Shown: positions 18,289 through 24,000 of the stretch, piece after piece
Layout of the letters: each line of letters starts with the position of its first letter
How positions within the stretch are numbered: position 1 is the stretch's first letter
Assembly: GCF_010435965.1 (NCBI RefSeq)
Contig: NZ_JAAGAA010000015.1
Span: 7,842-31,841, forward strand
Reading direction: 5' to 3'
Length of the DNA: 24,000 bases
Source of the DNA: Crenobacter caeni
GTDB taxonomy: Bacteria; Pseudomonadota; Gammaproteobacteria; Burkholderiales; Chromobacteriaceae
Program-made: the position numbers and the translations under genes
Notes under the pieces: generated by a model
The model's database searches: none
Told to the model about the DNA's origin: nothing
The model's input: the letters and a program-made list of their open reading frames with translations, nothing else

Positions 18289-19442
18289 AACGGCTTGTGT
18301 GGTGTGTGCTGGCACTACTGGCCGGCTGCAGCACGGTACGCGGCAGCGGCGACTTGGGCGTCGTCATCGAGCGCGCGTCGGGTAGCGTCCAGGTGGTCGA
18401 GCACAGCGGCGAGACCCGTCTGGGTCGGGTGGAGGGACTGGGTGACCTGTCGCACGCGTCAGTCGTGTTTTCGCGTGACGGCCGCTACGCTTTTGTCTTC
18501 GGCCGCGACGGCGGCTTGTCCAAGGTCGACCTGCTTGAGCGCAAGCTGGTGCGCCGGGTGCTGCAGGCAGGCAACAGTATCGGCGGCGCCATTTCAAGCG
18601 ATGGCCGCATTGTTGCGGCACAAAATTACCAACCCGGCGGGGTACGCCTGTTTGACACGGACACGCTCTCGCCGCTGGCCGATATCCCGGCACGCGACGA
18701 ACAGGGCACACCGTCCAAGGTCGTCGGCCTGGCTGACCTGCCTGGCAACCGTTTCGCCTTCAGTCTGTTTGACGCCGGCGAGATCTGGCTGGTCGACGCA
18801 AGCCAGCCGCAAGCGCCGAAAGTAAAAAAATTCCAGAATATCGGCCGCCAGCCGTACGACGCGCTGGGCAGTTATAACGGCCGCTACTATATCGCCGGCC
18901 TGTACGGCGAGGATGGACTGGCGCTCCTGGACACCTGGGCGCCCGAGAGTGGCGTACGCCGCATTTTGGCCGGCTACGGCCGCGGCGAGCAAAAGCTGCC
19001 GGTGTACAAGATGCCGCACCTGCGTGGCTGGGCACTGGCGGGCAACCGTGCTTTCCTGCCGGCAATCGGCCGCCACGAGGTGCTGGTGGCTGACGGCACC
19101 AACTGGCAGGAAGTTGGCCGCGTCAAGGTGCACGGCCAGCCGGTGTTCGCGATGGCCGAGCCTTCCGGGCGCCGGGTGTGGGTCAACTTTGCATTTCCGC
19201 ACAACGATACCGTGCAGGTGATCGACGTGCCGACGCTGACAGTGGCGGCGACGCTCAAGCCCGGACGCGGCATCCTGCATATGGAGTTTACCCCCAAGGG
19301 TGACGCAGTCTGGCTGTCCAGCCGCGACGACAACAAGGTAGTGGTGGTCGATACCGCAACGTTGACGGTGCGGCGCGAGCTGGCGGCGGTGTCGCCGTCG
19401 GGAATCTTTTTTAGCTGGCGTGGGAGCCGCATGGGGATGTGA
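18285..19442 (+). CDS. nirF: NirF, cd1-like beta-propeller protein of heme d1 biosynthesis (lipoprotein-type signal)
   Basis: The ATG at 18285 overlaps the nirC stop (ATGA). Lipobox LLAGC. The protein has d1-domain-like repeats without a CxxCH motif (...VFSRDGRYAFVFGRDGGLSKVDLL...). Confidence 0.85.
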   Translation: MKRLVWCVLALLAGCSTVRGSGDLGVVIERASGSVQVVEHSGETRLGRVEGLGDLSHASVVFSRDGRYAFVFGRDGGLSKVDLLERKLVRRVLQAGNSIGGAISSDGRIVAAQNYQPGGVRLFDTDTLSPLADIPARDEQGTPSKVVGLADLPGNRFAFSLFDAGEIWLVDASQPQAPKVKKFQNIGRQPYDALGSYNGRYYIAGLYGEDGLALLDTWAPESGVRRILAGYGRGEQKLPVYKMPHLRGWALAGNRAFLPAIGRHEVLVADGTNWQEVGRVKVHGQPVFAMAEPSGRRVWVNFAFPHNDTVQVIDVPTLTVAATLKPGRGILHMEFTPKGDAVWLSSRDDNKVVVVDTATLTVRRELAAVSPSGIFFSWRGSRMGM

Positions 19443-20425
19443 TGGCAGAACTGCTGATGCGCTTATTGCCCCTGATCGACGCCTCGCAGCACCGTTTGCC
19501 ACTGTGCCCGCGCCCGTTCGCCGAGCTGGCTGCACGCTTCGGGCTGGTCGAAGACGAAGTCATCGCCGGCTTGGCGCAGTTGCAGCGCCGTGGCACCGTC
19601 AGCCGGATCGGTGCCGTCTGCGCGCCGGGTGCCGTCGGCGCGTCGACGCTGGCGGCGCTGTCGGTACCGCCGGCGCGCATGGCCGAGGTGGCGAGCATGG
19701 TTAGCGCACAGGCCGAAGTCAATCACAATTACGCCCGCGCCCATCGCTACAATTTGTGGTTTGTGCTGACGGCAGCCGACCGTGCCGGCGTCGAGGTGGC
19801 GCTTGCGCGCATTGGCCGTGATAGCGGTCTGGCGGTGCTGGACTTGCCGCTGACGCGCGAATACCACATCGACCTCGGCTTCTCGCTGACCCAGACGGCG
19901 CCGGCACGTGCGCGGGCGGTTCGCCCGGCGGCGGCGTTTTTGCAAGACGCCGCCGAGCGCGCCTTGCTGCGCCGGCTGGCCAGGGGGCTACCGCTACAGG
20001 CGGCGCCTTACGCTGCGGTGGCTGCCGAACTGGGCTGCAGCGAAGCGTGGGTGCTGGATACGCTGGCCCGCCATCTGGACAGCGGTGCCGTGCGCCGCTT
20101 CGGTGTGATTGTCCGCCACCACGAACTGGGCTGGCGCCACAACGCGATGTGCGTGTGGCACATCGCCGACGAGGCGCAGCGCGACGCCGCCGGCGCGGCG
20201 CTGGCGCGCGAGCCGCACGTCAATCTTTGTTACGCACGCCGCGCTGCGGTGGGCTGGCCGTATACCCTGTACGCGATGCTGCACGGACAGGACGCGCTGG
20301 CGATGCGTGACCTGGCCGCCGCACTGTCGCGCCGGCATGGTTTGTCGGCGCTGCCGCGTGCCGTCTTGTTATCGACCTGCCGTTTCAAGCAAAGAGGAGC
20401 GCGCTATGACGCCCGAGCTGGATGA
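19442..20425 (+). CDS. nirDL: fused NirD-NirL (AsnC/Lrp-like siroheme decarboxylase subunits)
   Basis: The ATG at 19442 overlaps the nirF TGA; a GTG at 19439 is also in frame. There are two tandem AsnC-like modules, each with ...RPFAELA...GxVxRxGAV.../...VNHNYAR...NLWFVL... type motifs. Confidence 0.8.
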   Translation: MAELLMRLLPLIDASQHRLPLCPRPFAELAARFGLVEDEVIAGLAQLQRRGTVSRIGAVCAPGAVGASTLAALSVPPARMAEVASMVSAQAEVNHNYARAHRYNLWFVLTAADRAGVEVALARIGRDSGLAVLDLPLTREYHIDLGFSLTQTAPARARAVRPAAAFLQDAAERALLRRLARGLPLQAAPYAAVAAELGCSEAWVLDTLARHLDSGAVRRFGVIVRHHELGWRHNAMCVWHIADEAQRDAAGAALAREPHVNLCYARRAAVGWPYTLYAMLHGQDALAMRDLAAALSRRHGLSALPRAVLLSTCRFKQRGARYDARAG

Positions 20426-21383
20426 ACTGGATAGCCGCCTGATCGACAACCTGCAGGCGGATTTTCCGCTATTGCCCCGCCCGTTCGCCGCGTTGGCACC
20501 CGACTTCGGCCTGGACGAGACGACGCTGATCGGACGGCTGAGCGGTTTGCTTGAGCGCGGCGTGCTGACCCGCTTCGGGCCTCTGTACCAGATAGAACGG
20601 CTCGGGGGCGTGTTCATGCTTGCCGCGCTGCAGGTGCCGGAAGCGGTGTTTGATAAGGTGGCTCAGCAAGTGAACGCCTACCCGCAAGTCGCGCACAACT
20701 ACCGGCGCGAACATCCACTGAACATGTGGTTTGTGCTGGCGGCCGACTCGGACGCCAGCTTGCAGGCGGCGGCCGCTGCGATCAGTAGCCAGACCGGCTT
20801 GCAGGTGCACTGCTTCCCCAAGGAGCGCGAGTACTTTGTCGGCATGCGCTTTAGCGTAGGCGGTCACGCACCGGTTGGCGCCTGCGCGCTGGCTACACCA
20901 CCGTTACCTTACCAGGCGCAGCCGGAAGACCTGGCGCTGGTGCGGGCGACGCAGCAGGGGCTGCCGCTGTTGGCACAACCTTATCTTGAGGTTGGACGCG
21001 GGCTGGACATGTCGTGCCAGCAAGTACGCGACCGACTGGCGCGCCTGCTGGCCAGCGGCGTGATCCGGCGCATCGGGGTGGTGCCCAACCACTACGCGAT
21101 TGGCTACCTCGCCAACGGCATGGCGGTATTCGACGTGGACGACGATCAGGTCGACGCGGCCGGCGAGGCGATCGGCCGGCTGCCTTTTGTCAGCCACTGC
21201 TACCGGCGCGCCCGGCATCGGCCGGCGTGGCCTTACAATCTGTTCGCGATGTGCCACGGCGCAACGCGCGCAGCGGTGATGCAGCAGCAGCAGACGTTGC
21301 GCGCGCTGCTGGGATCAGACTGCCGCGGTAGCGACGTGCTGTTTTCCTGTCGGATCCTGAAAAAAACCGGACTGCGTTTGTAG
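20406..21383 (+). CDS. nirGH: fused NirG-NirH (AsnC/Lrp-like siroheme decarboxylase subunits)
   Basis: ATG at 20406 with GAGGAG at 20393-20398; it overlaps the nirDL end by 20 nt. There are two modules (LDSRLIDNLQADFPLLPRPFAAL...VAHNYRREHPLNMWFVL... and ...LPLLAQPY...VSHCYRRARHRPAWPYNLFAM...). The longer track ORF from 20109 is not credible. Confidence 0.8.
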   Translation: MTPELDELDSRLIDNLQADFPLLPRPFAALAPDFGLDETTLIGRLSGLLERGVLTRFGPLYQIERLGGVFMLAALQVPEAVFDKVAQQVNAYPQVAHNYRREHPLNMWFVLAADSDASLQAAAAAISSQTGLQVHCFPKEREYFVGMRFSVGGHAPVGACALATPPLPYQAQPEDLALVRATQQGLPLLAQPYLEVGRGLDMSCQQVRDRLARLLASGVIRRIGVVPNHYAIGYLANGMAVFDVDDDQVDAAGEAIGRLPFVSHCYRRARHRPAWPYNLFAMCHGATRAAVMQQQQTLRALLGSDCRGSDVLFSCRILKKTGLRL

Positions 21384-21472
21384 CTGCCGTGCATATCGTT
21401 GACGGCAGTCAAGGCGAGCAGCAACCCAATCCGTGACATTGATGATGTCATAATTTGCGGGTGGGCAAGCCA

Positions 21473-22687
21473 ATGCTGCGACTGACACCTTACCTTGCCA
21501 TGCTGGAGCATGGCACCCCGGCACCGCGCGTCAGGGCACCTGCCGCGCCGGTCGTGATCTGGAACCTGATCCGCCGCTGCAACCTGACCTGTGCGCACTG
21601 CTACACGACTTCGGCGGACAAGGATTTTTCTGGCGAGTTAAGCACCGACGAAGTGATGCGGGTGATGGACTCGCTGCGTACGGCCGGCGTACCGGCGCTG
21701 ATCCTGTCCGGCGGCGAGCCGCTGATGCGGGCGGATATCTTCGAGATCGGCGCCCGGGCCAAGACGCTGGGCTTCTACCTTGGGCTGTCGAGTAATGGCA
21801 CCCTGATCGACCCGGCCTCCGTGGCGTCGATGCAAGCGAGCGGTTTTGACTACGTTGGCGTCAGCCTGGACGGGATAGGCGCCACGCACGACCGCTTCCG
21901 CCGCCAGGAGGGCAGTTACGCGCGGGCACTCAACGGCATCCGCCTGGCGCGCGACGCCGGCCTCAAGGTGGGCGTGCGCTTTACGCTGACTGAGGATAAC
22001 GCGGCAGATTTGCCGGCCTTGCTCGACCTGATCGACACTGAGTGCATCGATAAATTCTACTTCTCACACCTTAACTTCGCCGGGCGCGGCAACAAGCACA
22101 AGGACCACGCCGCGCGCCACGCGCAGGCGCGCCACGCGATGCTGCTGCTGTTCGAGCGCGCACGGATCGACGTGCGGGCCGGGCGCGAGCGCGATTGGGT
22201 GACCGGCAACAACGACGCGGACGCGGTCTTCCTGCTGGCCTGGGCGCGTCAGCACTACCCGCGGCGCGCCGACGCGCTGCAGGCGGCATTGCAGGCGTGG
22301 GGTGGCAACGCCAGCGGGGTCAATATCGCCAATATTGACAACCTGGGCAACGTCCACCCCGACACCATGTGGTGGAAAATCACGCTGGGCAACGTGCGCG
22401 AACGCGAGTTCATCGATATCTGGCGTGACACCTCCCACCCGCTGATGGCTGGTCTCAAGGCGCGGCCGCGGCCGGTACACGGGCGCTGCGGTGCGTGCGC
22501 CTACCTCGCGCTTTGCAACGGAAACACCCGGGTGCGGGCGTGGGAAACCACCGGCGACTGGTGGGCCAGCGACCCGGCGTGCTACCTCAGCGACGAGGAA
22601 ATCGGCGTATCCGGTGCGGCGCAGCCCGCCGCCCGCCACCCGCACTTTCCCATCTACGCGGCGGAGGCATCATGTGGCGCTTCCTGA
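21473..22687 (+). CDS. nirJ: radical SAM heme d1 biosynthesis protein NirJ
   Basis: CNLTCAHC (CxxxCxxC) near the N-terminus and a SPASM-like Cys-rich C-terminus (...HGRCGACAYLALCNG...). The ATG at 21473 is preferred over the TTG at 21455. Confidence 0.88.
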   Translation: MLRLTPYLAMLEHGTPAPRVRAPAAPVVIWNLIRRCNLTCAHCYTTSADKDFSGELSTDEVMRVMDSLRTAGVPALILSGGEPLMRADIFEIGARAKTLGFYLGLSSNGTLIDPASVASMQASGFDYVGVSLDGIGATHDRFRRQEGSYARALNGIRLARDAGLKVGVRFTLTEDNAADLPALLDLIDTECIDKFYFSHLNFAGRGNKHKDHAARHAQARHAMLLLFERARIDVRAGRERDWVTGNNDADAVFLLAWARQHYPRRADALQAALQAWGGNASGVNIANIDNLGNVHPDTMWWKITLGNVREREFIDIWRDTSHPLMAGLKARPRPVHGRCGACAYLALCNGNTRVRAWETTGDWWASDPACYLSDEEIGVSGAAQPAARHPHFPIYAAEASCGAS

Positions 22688-24000
22688 TGGTGCTGACGCT
22701 GCTGGCTGCGCCGGCGCAGGCAGCCACGCCCGAACAGCTGTACCAACAGCACTGCCTGACATGCCATGGCAGCGGCAGGATGGGGGCGATGGCACCGGCC
22801 TTGTTGCCGCAAAGCCTGGACCGGTTGCGGCCGCAGCAGATCGAACAGCTGATCCGCAGCGGGCGCACGGCGACGCAGATGGCCGGCTTTGCCGACCGGC
22901 TGAACGAGGATGAAATCCGCGCCCTGACCCAGTGGCTGCTGCAGCCGCCGGCGCAGGCGCCAAAGTGGGACGCCGCAGATATCACGGCTTCACACGTGAT
23001 CCACCATCAGCCAGACCCGCAGGCGCGGCTGCCGGCCTCGATCGACCCGCTCAACCTGTTTGTCGTGGTCGAAGCCGGTGACCATCACCTGAGCGTGGTT
23101 GACGGCGACCGCTTCCGGGTACTGGCCCGGGTGCCGACGCGCTACGCCTTGCACGGCGGGCCGAAGTTTTCGCCGGATGGCCGCTTTGTCTACCTGGCCA
23201 GCCGCGACGGCTGGGTAAGCCAGTTCGACCTGTATACACAGCAGATGGTGGCTGAAGTCCGGGTCGCGCTGAACACCCGCAACGTTGCGGTCTCGTCCGA
23301 CGGCCGCTGGGTGCTGGCCGGCAATACCCTGCCTGAAACGCTGGTGCTGCTGGATGCCAACGGCTTGCGTCCGGTGCGCACCCTGCCGGTATGCGACGCC
23401 CGCGGCAATACCTCGCGCGTCTCGGCGGTATACGACGCGGCGCCGCGCAACAGCTTTGTCGTCGCGCTCAAGGACGTTCCCGAACTGTGGGAGATTTCAT
23501 ACGACCCGAAAGCCGGGAAGATTTATCCGGCGTTCGTGCACGACTACAAGATGGGCGAAGGCTTCGCGCTGGACGGCTACCTCAACCCCAGGGTCACCGC
23601 GCTGGACGGGGTGCTGGACGACTTCTTCTTCGATCCGAGCTACCGCTACGTGTTCGGCGCCTCGCGCGACGGGCGGGCGCAGGTGATCAATCTGGACATC
23701 CGACGCAAGCTGGTCGACCTGCCGCTGGTGGGTATGCCACACCTGGGCTCCGGCATCACGTTCGAACGTAGCGGGCGTACCCTGATGGCCAGCCCGGACC
23801 TGAAAGGCGGGCAGATCGACGTCGTCGACCTGGCATCGTGGCAAGCAGTGGCGCAGATCAAGACCCCGGGCCCCGGTTTCTTTTTGCGCAGCCACGAAAG
23901 AACGCCGTACGCGTGGACCGACTCGATGATGAGCAAGGACGCGCGCGACACCATCACGCTGATAGACAAGCGGACGCTGGCGGTAGTCAAAACCTTGCGC
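22672..24000 (+). CDS. nirN: NirN, cytochrome cd1-like dihydro-heme d1 dehydrogenase, 3'-truncated by the window end
   Basis: This ORF is absent from the track because it has no stop. My manual translation of frame 1 from the ATG at 22672 (GGAGG at 22663-22667) is open to nt 24000, 443 codons. Signal peptide MWRFLMVLTLLAAPAQA, then QQHCLTCHG (CxxCH), then d1-type propeller repeats (...FSPDGRFVYLASRDGWVSQFDL...). Confidence 0.85.
   Translation, partial: MWRFLMVLTLLAAPAQAATPEQLYQQHCLTCHGSGRMGAMAPALLPQSLDRLRPQQIEQLIRSGRTATQMAGFADRLNEDEIRALTQWLLQPPAQAPKWDAADITASHVIHHQPDPQARLPASIDPLNLFVVVEAGDHHLSVVDGDRFRVLARVPTRYALHGGPKFSPDGRFVYLASRDGWVSQFDLYTQQMVAEVRVALNTRNVAVSSDGRWVLAGNTLPETLVLLDANGLRPVRTLPVCDARGNTSRVSAVYDAAPRNSFVVALKDVPELWEISYDPKAGKIYPAFVHDYKMGEGFALDGYLNPRVTALDGVLDDFFFDPSYRYVFGASRDGRAQVINLDIRRKLVDLPLVGMPHLGSGITFERSGRTLMASPDLKGGQIDVVDLASWQAVAQIKTPGPGFFLRSHERTPYAWTDSMMSKDARDTITLIDKRTLAVVKTLR

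Noticed and set aside
21438-21452. FNR-like half-site TTGAT within cattgatgatgtcat upstream of nirJ
   Set aside because: The right half does not fit TTGAT-N4-ATCAA at the correct spacing (TTGAT-gatg-TCATA, or N3-GTCAT). It is kept only as a generic palindrome finding.

Overview
GC-rich proteobacterial window, probably from a denitrifying betaproteobacterium (inference only). It has three ordinary modules. (1) nt 1-5255: the tail of a ubiquinone ubiV/ubiT-like pair, then an NO-stress cluster of a ferritin-like gene, nsrR, a hemerythrin-domain gene, DUF2249, ytfE and nnrS. (2) nt 5925-7097: chrA. (3) nt 7339-24000: a denitrification island with nirE divergent from norC-norB-norE-norF-like, then norQ-norD, then nirS-nirM-nirC-nirF-nirDL-nirGH-nirJ-nirN, with nirN running off the window end. 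FNR/DNR-type boxes lie upstream of norC/nirE and nirS. The stand-out feature is a ~1.7 kb insertion between the norF-like gene and norQ (about nt 11094-12823). It carries a 442-aa IscB-type protein with a PLMP motif, a split RuvC fold, an Arg-rich bridge helix, an HNH insert and a TID-like C-terminus. IscB is the transposon-borne, RNA-guided ancestor of Cas9. About 295 nt of stem-loop-rich non-coding sequence precedes the ORF, where the cognate omega-RNA (HEARO-type RNA) is expected. Similar subterminal hairpins sit at both ends, as in IS200/IS605 left and right ends. The window contains no tnpA, no cas1/cas2 and no CRISPR array. A second, gene-less copy of the right-end sequence plus a related long hairpin lies between chrA and nirE (nt 7136-7275, minus strand), and a partial copy of that hairpin lies upstream of nsrR. 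Both suggest a family of miniature IS200/IS605-derived elements. Other observations are a probable homopolymer frameshift at the chrA 5' end, a gene-poor 670-nt stretch, and a Tyr where the IscB RuvC-III motif normally has His. All calls come from reading the sequence and from remembered family motifs; no database search was run.
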